A stretch of 64,000 nucleotides of DNA, taken from the NCBI GenBank assembly GCA_044344255.1, contig JBIJDH010000024.1:1-64000 (forward strand), given 5' to 3'. Under the pieces are notes generated by a model. It did not search any database. It was not told the DNA's origin and was given only the letters and a program-made list of their open reading frames with translations. Each line of letters begins with the position of its first letter. Position 1 is the stretch's first letter. The position numbers were made by a program, and so were the translations under genes. Shown in pieces: positions 18,601-33,347 of this stretch. This DNA comes from Myxococcota bacterium (GTDB lineage Bacteria > Myxococcota_A > UBA796 > UBA2385).

Positions 18601-19917
18601 GCAGTCGGTGCTGTCGGTGGAGTAGCCGCCGGGCAGATCGCAGGTGGCCAGCGCCGAGCTCGCAGTGCCATAGCCGTCGCCATCGGCGTCCTCGAAGTAG
18701 ATCGAGCCCGTGCCGACATCGACGCTCGGATCGTCATCGTCGATGAGGGTGTCACAGTCGTTGTCGATGCTGTCGCAGACCTCACCGGCGGCGGGGCTGA
18801 TGTGGCTGTCTCCGTCGTCGCAGTCGGTTCCGAGCGCGACGTAGTCGGCGGGCTGCTCGCAGGCCATCAGCCGGTCGGAGTTGTCGCCGTAGCCATCTAC
18901 GTCGGCGTCGGCGTAGAAGACCTCACCGGTGCTGGTGTCGACGTCGGGATCGGCGTCGTCGGTGAGCGTGTCACAGTCGTCGTCGATGTCGTTACAGATC
19001 TCGAGCTCGTCGGGGTTGATGGCCGCGTCGGCGTCGTCACACTCCGCACAGGCCGCCCAGCCGTCGCCGTCGTAGTCTGTGTAGCCCGTGCTGCCGTCAC
19101 AGTTGTAGTCGTTCGGATCGGTGCAGTCCGTCTCCGAGGCGTAGGGGTGGTACAGCGTGTCGGCGTCATCGCAGTCGCCGGCCTCGGCGGCGTAACCTTC
19201 GGGGAGCTCGCAGGCCTGCGTCGTCTGGTCATCCTGGCCCCAGCCGTCGCCGTCGTCGTCCTGATACCAGGTGGTGGTCACCTCTTCGTCGATGACCGCG
19301 TCGCAGTCATTGTCCACGAGGTCACAGATCTCGGGGTGACCGGGGTAGACGTCGGCGGCGGCGTCGTCACAGTCGCGATCATCCGAGACGTAGCCCTCGG
19401 GCTGCTCGCAGTCCTCGACGGTGTCGTCGGGGTCGCCCCAGGTGTCGACGTCCTTGTCGGCGTACCAGGTCTGGCGCCCGATCTCGTCGATCTCGCCGTC
19501 GCAGTTGTTGTCGATGTTGTCACAGGGCTCTTCGGCGCCGGGGTAGATCGTCGGATCGACGTCGTCGCAGTCCGTTGAGTTGTTGACCGCGCCGTCGGGG
19601 ATGCTGCAGGCCTCGGTGGGGGCCTCGACGTCCCCGAAGCCGTCGCCGTCGTCATCGACGTAGAAGGTGGAGAGCACCCCCTCGTCCACCGTGCCGTCGC
19701 AGTTGTTGTCGAGGGCGTCGCAGAGCTCGGGCGCCCCGGGGTGCACGGCGGCGTCGGCGTCGTTGCAGTCGTCATCGGCGTAGCCGTCGCGGTCGAGGTC
19801 GTAGCCGTCGCCGCCCTCGTCGCCGCCCCCCGCGGTGTCATCCGACTTCCCATCGACGCAAGAGACGAGCTCAACGCAAGAGATGAGGAGGGCGAGCGTC
19901 ACGATCAGGCGGTGCAT
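15661..19917 (-). CDS. Large Asp/Cys-rich repeat (MopE-like metal-binding motif) lipoprotein with C-terminal lamin-tail domain
   Basis: ATG at 19917 with AAGGAG RBS, signal ending LVSC. About 18 DCDD..NPGAxEVCD..DxDCDG units alternate with WYxDxDGDGYG..C..PxGY. C-terminal GELIISEIMPNP..GEWFEVYN is an LTD pattern. Confidence 0.88.
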   Translation of the reverse strand: MHRLIVTLALLISCVELVSCVDGKSDDTAGGGDEGGDGYDLDRDGYADDDCNDADAAVHPGAPELCDALDNNCDGTVDEGVLSTFYVDDDGDGFGDVEAPTEACSIPDGAVNNSTDCDDVDPTIYPGAEEPCDNIDNNCDGEIDEIGRQTWYADKDVDTWGDPDDTVEDCEQPEGYVSDDRDCDDAAADVYPGHPEICDLVDNDCDAVIDEEVTTTWYQDDDGDGWGQDDQTTQACELPEGYAAEAGDCDDADTLYHPYASETDCTDPNDYNCDGSTGYTDYDGDGWAACAECDDADAAINPDELEICNDIDDDCDTLTDDADPDVDTSTGEVFYADADVDGYGDNSDRLMACEQPADYVALGTDCDDGDSHISPAAGEVCDSIDNDCDTLIDDDDPSVDVGTGSIYFEDADGDGYGTASSALATCDLPGGYSTDSTDCDDASIGVNPGATEICDGIDNNCDGLTDDATATGAVTWYRDVDGDGYGDSSTSVAQCAKPVGYVLTGGDCNDAAIGVNPGATEVCDAVNVDEDCDGRADDADSSVSTATTTPWYRDGDSDGYGLLSMAVAACDQPTGYVTSSSDCNDGAVAINPGAQEICDAANTDEDCDGTSDDADSTTLSSGKSTGYQDADSDGYGGPTSGSYCDMPSGYLSTSTDCNDGVAAINPGAQEVCDAANTDEDCDGKSDNDDSSSLASTKASWYLDSDGDTYGSTTTAQYCDLPTGYSTVASDCDDSKAAVNPAAQEVCDAANTDEDCDGVADNNDPTSLATTMSLYYVDSDRDTYGTTAAVAFCDQPTAYATNTTDCDDTRASVNPAGTEVCDSLNLDEDCDGLTDDLDSSVTASTKTTWYQDADGDTYGTTVTATTCDQPTGFAALPLDCDDTKAAINPAAQEICDAANTDEDCDGLTDDLDGSAAAGGMSSWYADGDSDGYGVGAASQACDRPVGYAALDEDCDDGAAAVNPGATELCDALNTDEDCDGVSDNLDSSASSATKTSFYLDYDGDTYGGSTSGAYCDLPSGYSALDTDCDDTKAAINPGATEICDSSDADEDCDGLSDDLDSSTKSSTKYTFYIDGDGDAYGSSTSVKACNLVSGYSLASTDCDDANPAISPAATEVCDAADTDEDCDGLSDNDDSTASAATKTTYFLDSDGDTYGGTSTQALCDQDTGYVTSATDCDDSNSSVYPGALETWYDGRDSNCDGLSDYDQDYDGANATAYGGTDCDDTVDTVYSGATEVRDGYDNDCDNTCDEGVITAGELIISEIMPNPAGVVDPNGEWFEVYNTSSTDIRMCGWVIADNGYLTGIYSQITDQLLVPAYGYAVMGRSGSSTIMGGVSVDWAYGSSLALSNSADDLYITVGFSIIDQVSYTSGWPFASGYSMELKSSAMTSSGNDSSANWCKTTGSISLQDHGTPGTTNSGC

Positions 19918-20047
19918 GAGGGACTCCTTCGGCCGCCGGACGGTATCGCAGAACGTGGGCACCCGCGAGCGACGGTCTGATGACGTCGCGGGAGGCGGTC
20001 GCGGGTTGTCAGGCTATGGTGAGGTCACCCGAGGGACGAGACCACCG

Positions 20048-22768
<2,721 letters not shown>

Positions 22769-22784
22769 CCGGGCCGGCAGGGGC

Positions 22785-22813
22785 CCTCGGGGTGGCGCGC
22801 GGCCGCCCCGAGG
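22785..22813. terminator. GC-rich hairpin between convergent genes
   Basis: CCTCGGGGTGGC-GCGCG-GCCGCCCCGAGG forms a 12-bp stem with one G-T pair. There is no U-tract. Confidence 0.35.
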
Positions 22814-22828
22814 ACACGCCCCGACCCC

Positions 22829-24523
22829 TCAGGCGAGCTTCCAGCGCACCCCGTCCTTGGTGTCGTCGAGCAGCACGCCGCGGGCCTTGAGGGCGGCGCG
22901 CAGGCCGTCGGCGCGCGCGAAGTCGCGGGCCCTCTTGGCGGCCTGACGGGCGCCGATGTACCGCTCGGCGAGGGCCGGGTCATCGTCGGCGAGGGCGTCG
23001 AGCTCGGCGTCGGTGCGGGGGCTCCCCTCGCCCAGCTCGGCGGTGGTGACGATGCCCGAGCGGCGGCGCCGGTCGAGGAGGTCGAGCACGGCGTCCGTCT
23101 CGGTGAGGAAGGCCAGCGCGGCGGTGGCGCCCGCCCCGCGGGGATCGGCGGCGTTGATGGCCGAGACGGCCTCGGTGAGGGCGGAGATGGCGGCGGCGGT
23201 GTCCACGCAGTCGTCGAGGGCGGCGTCGAAGGCGAGGCGGCCGCGCTCGAGGGCCTGGAGCAGCGCAGGGCTGGCCTCGCCCGGCAGCGGCTCCTGCTCG
23301 CGGAGGCGGTCAAAGAGGCCTTGGTAGCGGCCCACGAAGACCCGCGCCTGATAGAGCAAGTCCATGCTGAAGTTCAGCGACTGCTGGAAGGGGGTCCAGA
23401 CGAGGGCGGCCCGCAGCACGCTCGCGGAGACCTTGCCGTCGGCGAAGCCCGCCTCGTCGCGCAGCCGCGGACTGAGCTCAGGGCGCCCGGCGGCGACAGG
23501 GTCCAGCAGGTCTTTCAGGGTGAAGAAGGTGCCGTCCCGCTTCGACATCTTGCGGTTGTCCACCATCAGGTGGCGCCCATGCACCCAGTAGCGAGCGAAA
23601 TTCGCGCGAACGCCCCCGTCGGGCCCCGGGACGTGGGTGTCAAACGCGCCCACGCTCTGCGCGATCTCACACTCGTGGTGCGGGAAGATGTTGTCCTCCC
23701 CGCCCGTGTGGATGTCGATGGCCTCGGCGAGGCAGCTCCGGGACATGGCCGAGCACTCGATGTGCCAGCCGGGGAAGCCGCGGCCGATGCCCGGGTTGAC
23801 CCCCTGTGGGCGGAGCGCCCGGAAGCGCGCCCAGTCTTCGGCGGGCCAGCCTTCGGGAGCGTGAGGGTCCCACTGCATGAGGTGCTTCTGGTCGGTCTTC
23901 CAGAGGGCGAAGTCGCGGGGATCTCGCTTCCCTTCCCGCACGTCCACCCGGGCTCCGGCCTCGAGCTCGTCGAGGACCTTGCCGGAGAGCTGCCCGTAAG
24001 CTGGGAAGCGGCTGATCTCAAAGTAGACCTGCCCCTGGCCGTCGGTGTACGCGAGGCCCCGCTCGATGAGGCGCTCGATGACGTCGAGCATCTCGCCGAT
24101 GTAGCGCGTGGCCTGCGGGTGGAGGCTGCGGTCCGCCCCCTCGGCGCCGAGCTGGTTCTTGAGGCGCAGGGCCCGCGCGTCTTCGACGAAGGCGGCCTCG
24201 AAGAAGCGCGCGACCTCGAAGGGGTCCTTGCCGATGCGGCGGGCGGCCACCGCGAGCTTGTCCTCCCCCTCGGCGTCGGCGAGGTGGTCTTCGGTCATGT
24301 GCCCGACGTCGGTGATGTTCATCACATGACGCACGGTGTAGCCTCGGCGCTCGAGCGTCCGGCGCAGCAGATCTCCCAGGAGGAAGGACCGGAAGTTTCC
24401 GATGTGCGCGTAGGAATAGACCGTAGGCCCACACGAGTAGATCAGCACCTCCCGCCCCTCGGGATCGAGAGGAAGGAAGGGCTCAGCTTGATTCGACCAG
24501 GTGTTCGGGAGGACGAGGGGCAT
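22829..24523 (-). CDS. cysS: Cysteine--tRNA ligase
   Basis: [59 protein letters not shown]-terminal [14 protein letters not shown] at 24523. Confidence 0.95.
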   Translation of the reverse strand: MPLVLPNTWSNQAEPFLPLDPEGREVLIYSCGPTVYSYAHIGNFRSFLLGDLLRRTLERRGYTVRHVMNITDVGHMTEDHLADAEGEDKLAVAARRIGKDPFEVARFFEAAFVEDARALRLKNQLGAEGADRSLHPQATRYIGEMLDVIERLIERGLAYTDGQGQVYFEISRFPAYGQLSGKVLDELEAGARVDVREGKRDPRDFALWKTDQKHLMQWDPHAPEGWPAEDWARFRALRPQGVNPGIGRGFPGWHIECSAMSRSCLAEAIDIHTGGEDNIFPHHECEIAQSVGAFDTHVPGPDGGVRANFARYWVHGRHLMVDNRKMSKRDGTFFTLKDLLDPVAAGRPELSPRLRDEAGFADGKVSASVLRAALVWTPFQQSLNFSMDLLYQARVFVGRYQGLFDRLREQEPLPGEASPALLQALERGRLAFDAALDDCVDTAAAISALTEAVSAINAADPRGAGATAALAFLTETDAVLDLLDRRRRSGIVTTAELGEGSPRTDAELDALADDDPALAERYIGARQAAKRARDFARADGLRAALKARGVLLDDTKDGVRWKLA

Positions 24524-24606
24524 GCAGATCCAGGAGGGCAAGCGCGCCAGAGCGGGCGCTGTGCGTATCCCGCGCCCCTCTCCGCCGCCGCGCCCTCCCC
24601 CGGGCC

Positions 24607-26370
24607 TCAGCGCCCCTGCGCGGCCGGTGGCTGCGGTTGGGGTGAGGGCGGGGCTTGCTTGGGCGGGATTGGCCGCTCGGGGCAGGTCCACTGATAGACA
24701 GCCCCGTTCTCCGGCCGCGCGAGCACCCGCGTCCAGCAGTCCCCGACGGTGGCCGGCGCCTGGGTGGCCTCGGCGAGGGAGGCGGCGTCTGGGGCGTCCT
24801 TCGGTGAGACAGACTCCCCCGGCCAGAGGATGGCGTAGAGCGTGCCCTCCTGGGCGAGGCGCGAGCGGCAGGTGTCGCGTGTGGCCGTGCAGCGCACATA
24901 GGGGCGGACGGCGGTGATCATCGTCCACGGTCGCGACTGTGCATAGTCGAGCACGAAGGCGTCGGCGGCGAGCAGCTTGTCCGCCTCGCGGGCCTTCCGC
25001 CCCCACTCATCCGGCTCGACCCCCGACCAGCCGTCTCCCTCGCGCGGGGCGGGGTTCAACACCCCCGGCGCCAGCGTCGCCCAGGGGGAGCCCGGCCACA
25101 CCAGCGCGACCCCGAGCGCGCTCCACACCATCGGCGCGCCGCCGAGGCGGCTGAGGCCGGCCGCGGCGAGTGCCGGCAGCACGACCACGAAGGGCAGGGC
25201 ATACCGATGCTGAAAGTGAAGGTGCAAGGTGCTGTAGGCCACCAGCGCCACCGGGAGCATGCCCACCCAGGCGAGGCGCGGGCGGCCCCGGCTTCGGGCG
25301 AGGAGCCCGACGAGCAGGACCAGCCAGAGGAGCGAGGTCTGCGGGAGCTGCATCTCCATGCCACGGGCCGCGTGGGGGTGGAAGAAGCCCCGGGAGGCGG
25401 GGGCCTTCACCAGCGCGGCGACGCGGTGGAGCGACCGGAGCAGCTGGGAGATCGGCTCACCGGGGCTCCAGCCCTCGACGCCCAGCTCGGGGGAGATGTC
25501 GAGGCCGAGCGGCACCCGGGCCGTGATCGCCTCCAGCGAGAGGATCGGCAGCTTCGCGGTCGAGAGCTCCTGGTTGAGCAGCGGGAGCGCGCCGACGAGC
25601 AGCGCGGCGGCGACCCACCCGCCCAAGCGCCCGCGCCACAGCAGGAGGGGAGCCCCGAGGGCGACGAAGGCCAGGGCCACCGGGAGCTGCTTCGGCTCCG
25701 AGGTGAAAGCGACGGCGCTCGCGAGCACCACGGCCGCGGTCGCGAGGGCGACGCGCCGCGCGCCGCCGCGGCTGAGCAGCGCGACCAGCGAGACGACGCC
25801 GAGCAGGTCGGCCGCCGCGACGAGGGCGTAGGGCGTGAACTGCCGCCCGAGGTCAGCCACCGCAGGGAGGTGCAGGGCGAGGCAGAGCCCGGCGAAGCCC
25901 GCCGCGCGCCCGCCGAGGCTCCGCCCCAGGGCATAGGCGAGCGGGCCGAGCAGCACGCCCGAGGCCATCGAGACGAAGACGCCCGCCTCGGCCACCCCCA
26001 TCGCGTCCGGCGCCAGCGCCGCGGCGAGCCAGGCGAAGGCGGGGTACCGATCTTCACCGTACATCGTGAGGTCACCGCGAAAGAGCGCCATCGCGGCAAA
26101 GAAGTTCATGTCGGAGTCTGGCCCGTAGGGGGACCGAAAGGGCGAGAGGCGGTGCCAGGTGCCGAAGAGCGGCGGGAGGTTCACGAGGAGGCCGCCCAGC
26201 ACGAGCGCCACGTCCCAGCCCCAAGGGTGCTCGAAGCGCCGGGCCCAGCCCACCCGCTCCGGCCAGCGCCGCGCGAACATCGCCGCCGCGCACCCGCCCA
26301 ACAGCGCGCAGAAGAGAGCGACGAGCTCCCAGGAGTGGAGGGGGGCGGAGGATGCGACGTGCCCGGGCAT
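24607..26370 (-). CDS. Polytopic membrane protein, possibly GT-C (ArnT/PMT-like) glycosyltransferase
   Basis: Many TM segments, an acidic first loop (GPDSDMNF..EDRYPAF), an RYxLP motif and a soluble C-terminal domain. Start uncertain. Confidence 0.5.
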   Translation of the reverse strand: MPGHVASSAPLHSWELVALFCALLGGCAAAMFARRWPERVGWARRFEHPWGWDVALVLGGLLVNLPPLFGTWHRLSPFRSPYGPDSDMNFFAAMALFRGDLTMYGEDRYPAFAWLAAALAPDAMGVAEAGVFVSMASGVLLGPLAYALGRSLGGRAAGFAGLCLALHLPAVADLGRQFTPYALVAAADLLGVVSLVALLSRGGARRVALATAAVVLASAVAFTSEPKQLPVALAFVALGAPLLLWRGRLGGWVAAALLVGALPLLNQELSTAKLPILSLEAITARVPLGLDISPELGVEGWSPGEPISQLLRSLHRVAALVKAPASRGFFHPHAARGMEMQLPQTSLLWLVLLVGLLARSRGRPRLAWVGMLPVALVAYSTLHLHFQHRYALPFVVVLPALAAAGLSRLGGAPMVWSALGVALVWPGSPWATLAPGVLNPAPREGDGWSGVEPDEWGRKAREADKLLAADAFVLDYAQSRPWTMITAVRPYVRCTATRDTCRSRLAQEGTLYAILWPGESVSPKDAPDAASLAEATQAPATVGDCWTRVLARPENGAVYQWTCPERPIPPKQAPPSPQPQPPAAQGR

Positions 26371-26437
26371 GGCGCACGCTACCACGCCCGCTCGAGGCCG
26401 AGCTCAGGCGCGGGTCAACGCCCGCAGCGGCGCGCCC

Positions 26438-27363
26438 TCACCGCTCGCGGCGCCCGAGGTCGGGCGCCTCTCCGTGCACATAAGTGACGCCGAAGCGGCC
26501 CTTGATACAGAGGTTCCCCTCGGTGACCACCCCGTCGGCGGGGGACATCACCCGCACGATGCGGTTGTCCTGAACGGTGAGCTCCAGCGTACAGCCCACC
26601 CCACAATAGGGGCAGATGGTGCGGGTGGTGGTCTGGTCTGCCTCCCGCCAGTCTCCCGCGTCCCGAAGGTCAGCCTCTGACTTGAACATCAGCGCGCCGG
26701 TCGGGCAGACGTTGATGCAGTTCCCGCAATAGACGCATGCGGAGTCGGGGAGGCCCACGTCATACTCGGTGCTGATGCGGGCGTCGAAGCCGCGCCCCGC
26801 CACCGCGATGGCGAAGGTGTTCTGCGCGTCCTCTCCGCAGGCCTCTACACACTTGTAGCAGGTGATACACTTGCTGTAGTCACGGACATACAGCTCATTG
26901 TCCACCTTTCGAGCCTGGTGGACCGTCTCCGCCAAGGCGCCGTTCGTCGGGGCGTGGTGGCCGGTCTGCCGGTGGTCTCGCTCTCCGAGCGCCGCCGCGG
27001 GGGCCGGGGGCCCAAAACGACCGGGATCGGCCCCGTAGCGGCGGGCGTGGGCCTGCAGCTCGGGGGCGGTGGAGCTGTCGACCGAGGAGAGCAGCAGCTC
27101 CATCACCATCTTGCGGCTGCTGCGCACCCGCGGGCTGTCCGTCTCGATCTCCATCCCCGCCTCGGCCCTTCGGGCGCAGGCCGGGATGAGGGTGCGAGCG
27201 CCCTTGAGCTCGACCACGCAGATCCGACAGACGTTGACCGGCGTGAGGTTCTCGGCCCAGCAGAGGGTGGGGATATCGACGCCCACGGCCTCTGCGGCCT
27301 CCTTCACGGTGGAGCCGTCGGCCACCGTGACGGCGTGGCCGTCGATGGAGAGGGTGACAGACC

Positions 27364-27367
<4 letters not shown>
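26438..27367 (-). CDS. Formate dehydrogenase Fe-S subunit (NuoG N-terminal-like: 2Fe-2S, 2x4Fe-4S, plus molybdopterin Fe4S4 domain)
   Basis: IPTLC..VCRICVVE..PAC (2Fe-2S), CITCYKCVEAC and CVYCGNCINVCP, C-terminal TICPYCGVGC..LCIKGRFG. ATGA overlap with the upstream gene. Confidence 0.9.
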
Positions 27368-29244
<1,877 letters not shown>

Positions 29245-30859
29245 GGTGCCGGTCCCGCTCCACCCGGATGGCAGCGGCCTTGAATTCGGCCGTCCCTGCC
29301 TTCGGATCTGTCGCTTCGATGGTGAGGAGATTGGTGTCGACGTCGTCGGCGTCGTGGTAGGTCATGAAGGCGAGCCCGGGGGGCAGCCCGGGGTCGAGGC
29401 GGGCCTCCGCCAGCACCGAGGCGCGGCGGCTCGTCACCCGCACGAGCTCCCCTTCGCCGACGCGGAGGCGAGCGCAGTCCTGCGGCGAGAGGTCGATCGT
29501 CTCTCGCTTTCGGAGCGGGTTCTTGTATTGGCTCGTCTGTACGCCCGTGTTGTACTCATCGAGGCGCCGGCCGGTGGTGAGCCGGATCGGGAACTCGGGG
29601 GAGAGCTGGTCCACCGGCCCCTCCGGCTCTGTGCAGGAGAAGGGAGCCGCCCGACCGCCGCGCGGGACCTCCCAGAGCCGACCGTGAAGGTGGGTGGAGC
29701 CCGGGTGGTCCTCCGCGGGGCAGGGCCACTGGATGCCGTCCAGCGCTTCGAGCCGCGCGTAGCTCATGCCGCGGTGCATGGGAGAGAGGAGGCGGAGCTC
29801 ATCCCAGAGCTGCTCCGGGCTGGGCTGACCGAGGTCGCGGCCCAGCCGTCGAGAGAGCTCGGCGAGGATCCAGATGTCGTCCTTCGCCTCTCCGGGGGGG
29901 TCGAGCGCCTTGCGGCAGCGCTGCACCCGCCGCTCGGAGTTGGTGACCGTGCCCTCGCTCTCCACCCAGGAGGCCGAGGAGGGCAGCACGACGTGGGCGA
30001 GCTCCGCCGTCTTCGTGAAGAAGATGTCTTGCACGATCAGGATCTCGCGCGAGGCCAGGAGCTGCTTGCAATGGCCGGCGTCGGCCTCCGACTGCGCAGG
30101 GTTCTCGCCGATGATCAGCAGGGCCCGCAGCGCCTCGCGGCCCATGGCCTCGAACATCTCGGTGAGGTGCCAGCCCTTCATCGGCGGGATGGTGACCCCC
30201 CACAGGGCCTCGTAGCGGGCGCGGACGACGTCGTCCTCTACGTCCTGGAAGCCCGGCAGCTTGTGGGGGAGCGCGCCCATGTCACCCCCCCCCTGGACGT
30301 TGTTCTGTCCGCGCAGGGGGTTGATGCCCGAGCCCGGCCGACCGACATGACCGGTGAGCAGGCCGAGGTTGATGAGGGAGAGCACGTTGTCCACGCCGTT
30401 GTGGTGCTCGGTGATGCCGAGGGTCCAGCAGAGCTGAGCGCGGTCGGCCTTGGCATACGCGTGGGCGAGGGCGCGGATGAGGGCGGCGGGGACGCCGGTC
30501 ACGGCCTCACCGCGCTCGAGGGTCCAGGGCTCGACGTGGGCGCGGTAGGCCTCGAAGTGCTCGGTCGCGTTGCCGACGAAGGCCTCATTCAGGAGGCCCG
30601 CGTGGATGATCTCCCGGCCCACCGTGTGCGCGAGCTCGATGTCCGTGCCGACCCGGAGCTGGAGGTGGGCGTCGGCCCAGTCTGCCGTCGCCGTGCGCCG
30701 GGGGTCAATGACGAAGCAGCGGGCCCCCTTGCGGATGCCCTTGAGCACGTGATGAAAGAAGATCGGGTGCGCCTCGCGGGCGTTGCTGCCCCACAAGACG
30801 ACCACATCGGTGTCCTCCACGTCTCGATACGAAGAGGTGCCACCACCCGCACCAAAGAC

Positions 30860-30878
30860 CGTCGCCAGACCGACGACG
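30860..30878 (-). promoter_or_regulatory. Bacterial SECIS element
   Basis: mRNA reads UGA-CACGCGCCUAG (11 nt)-CGUCGUC-GGUCU-GGCGACG, a 7-bp stem with a GGUCU apical loop. Spacing and loop resemble E. coli fdhF. Confidence 0.85.
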
Positions 30879-31210
30879 CTAGGCGCGTGTCAAGTACGAT
30901 TGCAGGAGTCGATGTTGTTCGACCCCACCGTGGCGCGGATGAACTTCTGGGCGAAGTAGTTCATCTCGTTGGTGGCCTTGCTGCAGCTGAAGACGCCGAA
31001 GGTGGAGGGGCCGTGCGCCGCCACCGAGCGCTCGATGCCCGCCGCGGCGACGTCCAGCGCCTCCTCCCAAGAGGCGCGGCGAAAGCCTGCGCCATCCCGG
31101 AGCAGCGGGTGAGTGAGGCGGGCGTGAGCGAGGCGAGCCATGGAGACCTCCGAGCCGGCCCATCCTAACCCATCGCCCCCCCCAGAGGACCAGCGGGCCC
31201 CAGCGGCGGC

Positions 31211-32560
31211 TCAGTACACGTAGCCGAACATCCCGATGCACATCTCGTCGAGGGTGCCCTCGCCGAGGTAGACATCGACCGGCTCCTCGAGCCCGACGTC
31301 CGCCAAGGCCCGCGCAGTGCCGGGGTTGTCGAGGGTGTTGTTGTAGTCGCAGCGGATGACCAGCCGGTCGCCGCTCGAGAAGGTGGGGGCGTCCTCCACC
31401 CCGCCCTCGTAGCGGTACTGCTGCTGCCAGTCGTAGTCGTAGCGGCTGGCGGGGAGCAGGCACTCGGAGTCAGGCTCGTCGGCGGCGGGCGTGGAGCGCT
31501 CGAGCCAGACCGACATGTTCGTCCCGATGAGGTGCATGTGGGCGCCCACCATCACGAGCGGGATCTCGGGGATACCCTCGGGGAGCTCGACCACCATCTC
31601 TTCGGAGTGGGCGGCGCTGCCGGCCGGGATGCGGAACTCCGCGGCCCCGCGGTCGCCCTCACCGGGGAGGAGGCCATCATCCTCGTGATCGAAGTTGCCG
31701 AGCAGGGCGCTGTAGAGCTGCCGCTCGGGGGCGCTCGCGAGTCGGCGCAGGCGGAGCGCGGGCTGGTCGACCTCACCCACCGCACCTGCCGGGTGGTAGT
31801 GCATCTGAAGGACGATGCGCGAGCCCGCGGGGACCAGCATGCCCACGCCCTCGGGGGCGTAGTTCGGGCCCTGGCCGGGCACCCAGGTGGCGAGCAGCGT
31901 GGGGTTGCCGAGCCCGCCGTCTCCCCCACAGTCATACCACCCGTCTTCGTTCACGAGGTCGTCGCTGAGGGCGTCCGGATCGAGCAACACGAGGGTGTGG
32001 TGGGCGATGCCGCGGTTCTCGGGCACCGTCTCGACACCGTCGATCCACATGTCTTCGGTGTTGCCGGGGTTCACGACCAGACAGACGAACTCGTCGGCGC
32101 CGCCGCGCGAGCTGTAGCTGCCGGTGGCGGGGAGCTCGAGCACGTCGCCGCTCAAGGTCTCGGGCTCGGTGAGCTCGGCGGGGGCGGCCTCATCTGGGTC
32201 TCCCACGGGGGCTCCGGCGGCGGCCCAGGCCTGGATGGTCTCGATCTCCGCCTCCGACAGCCGCCGATCGTCGGCCCAGGCGCGGGTGGGCGTGCACTCG
32301 TCGGTCTCGAAGGCCCCCCAGGGCGGCATGCGCCGAGCGGTGACCGCGTCCGACACCGAGGAGGCGAGGGAGGCGGCGATCGCGGGATCGGTGAGGTCAA
32401 AGGAGGCGCCGTCGGGCCGATGGCAGCCCGCGCAGCGCTCCGCGACGATCGGCGCCACCTCGCGGTGCCAGGTGGGGCCCGTGGCACCAGAGCCACCGCT
32501 GGCGGCCTTGTCCGCGGCGTCATCCGACGAGCAGGCGAGGAGGGCGAGGGCCAGCAGCAT
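31211..32560 (-). CDS. Lipoprotein: c-type heme motif + copper type II ascorbate-dependent monooxygenase-like domains
   Basis: Lipobox LLAC, CAGCH, RRMPPW, copper ligands IAHH, QMHYH, AHMH and DEMC. Confidence 0.8.
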   Translation of the reverse strand: MLLALALLACSSDDAADKAASGGSGATGPTWHREVAPIVAERCAGCHRPDGASFDLTDPAIAASLASSVSDAVTARRMPPWGAFETDECTPTRAWADDRRLSEAEIETIQAWAAAGAPVGDPDEAAPAELTEPETLSGDVLELPATGSYSSRGGADEFVCLVVNPGNTEDMWIDGVETVPENRGIAHHTLVLLDPDALSDDLVNEDGWYDCGGDGGLGNPTLLATWVPGQGPNYAPEGVGMLVPAGSRIVLQMHYHPAGAVGEVDQPALRLRRLASAPERQLYSALLGNFDHEDDGLLPGEGDRGAAEFRIPAGSAAHSEEMVVELPEGIPEIPLVMVGAHMHLIGTNMSVWLERSTPAADEPDSECLLPASRYDYDWQQQYRYEGGVEDAPTFSSGDRLVIRCDYNNTLDNPGTARALADVGLEEPVDVYLGEGTLDEMCIGMFGYVY

Positions 32561-32651
32561 GAGAGATCCTCCGACCAAAGAGACCTCGCCCCCCTTACCC
32601 GCGGGGGACGCTCCCCGCCGCAGGGGCGCACAAAATTCACCCCACACGCTC

Positions 32652-33149
32652 TCAGTCCACGCGCACCGCCGTCGAGAGCCCCGACGCGGTGATCAGGGCC
32701 CAGTCCCCTGCGGGGACGCCCGTGATCCGATAGGCCACGTCGAGGGCGCAGATGCAGTCGCAAAAGTCATTGACGAGCTCATAGGAGAGGTACAGCTCAC
32801 CAGCCCCCTCTGCGACGGAGGGCACCACGTCCTCGGGGCAGCACCCATCGGCGAAGGCGAAGTGGGTGACCTCGATGGTCCCGACAGTAGACGCCGCCGC
32901 CTCGAGCCGCTCCTCCCGGCCCTCTCCGCAGCCGAGGTTCTCCACGTCCTCGACCGCCAAGCTGGTGCCGTCGGTCCCGTCCGTCCCGTCGGTCCCGTCG
33001 GTCCCGTCCGTCCCGTCCGTCCCGTCGGTCCCGTCGGTCCCGCCGCTATCGACGGAGCCGTCCGGATCATCCTTGTCGGCGGCGCCTCCGTCACAGGCGA
33101 GGGCGCCGAGGGTCAAGAGCGAGGCGAAAGCGAGGAGGGGACTGCGCAT
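32652..33149 (-). CDS. Hypothetical lipoprotein with (DGT)n linker
   Basis: Lipobox ALAC, DGT x8, C-terminal domain with CC and CDCIC. Confidence 0.75.
   Translation of the reverse strand: MRSPLLAFASLLTLGALACDGGAADKDDPDGSVDSGGTDGTDGTDGTDGTDGTDGTDGTDGTSLAVEDVENLGCGEGREERLEAAASTVGTIEVTHFAFADGCCPEDVVPSVAEGAGELYLSYELVNDFCDCICALDVAYRITGVPAGDWALITASGLSTAVRVD
32964..33041 (-). repeat. 9-bp tandem repeat encoding (DGT)8
   Basis: GACGGGAC(C/G) units read directly. Confidence 0.85.
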
Positions 33150-33347
33150 GGTTTGGCCGAGGTGGGGGTGGGTAGCCAGGGCCCGGAGGGGCCTTCGCCC
33201 TCACCCCTAGGATAGTCACCGGCCGTGGGCTGGCCCATAGAGCAGATCTGCACGCCTGCGGGCCAAGATGACCCACGGCTTGTGCGGCCCCGCGGTGGAC
33301 GCCGGCGACGAGGGGCCGCATAAGAGAACATCCACTTGGAGCCCTCC

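Noticed and set aside
30890..30892. Nonsense mutation making fdhF a pseudogene
   Set aside because: The TGA is at the catalytic Cys/Sec position and is followed by a correctly spaced SECIS-like hairpin.
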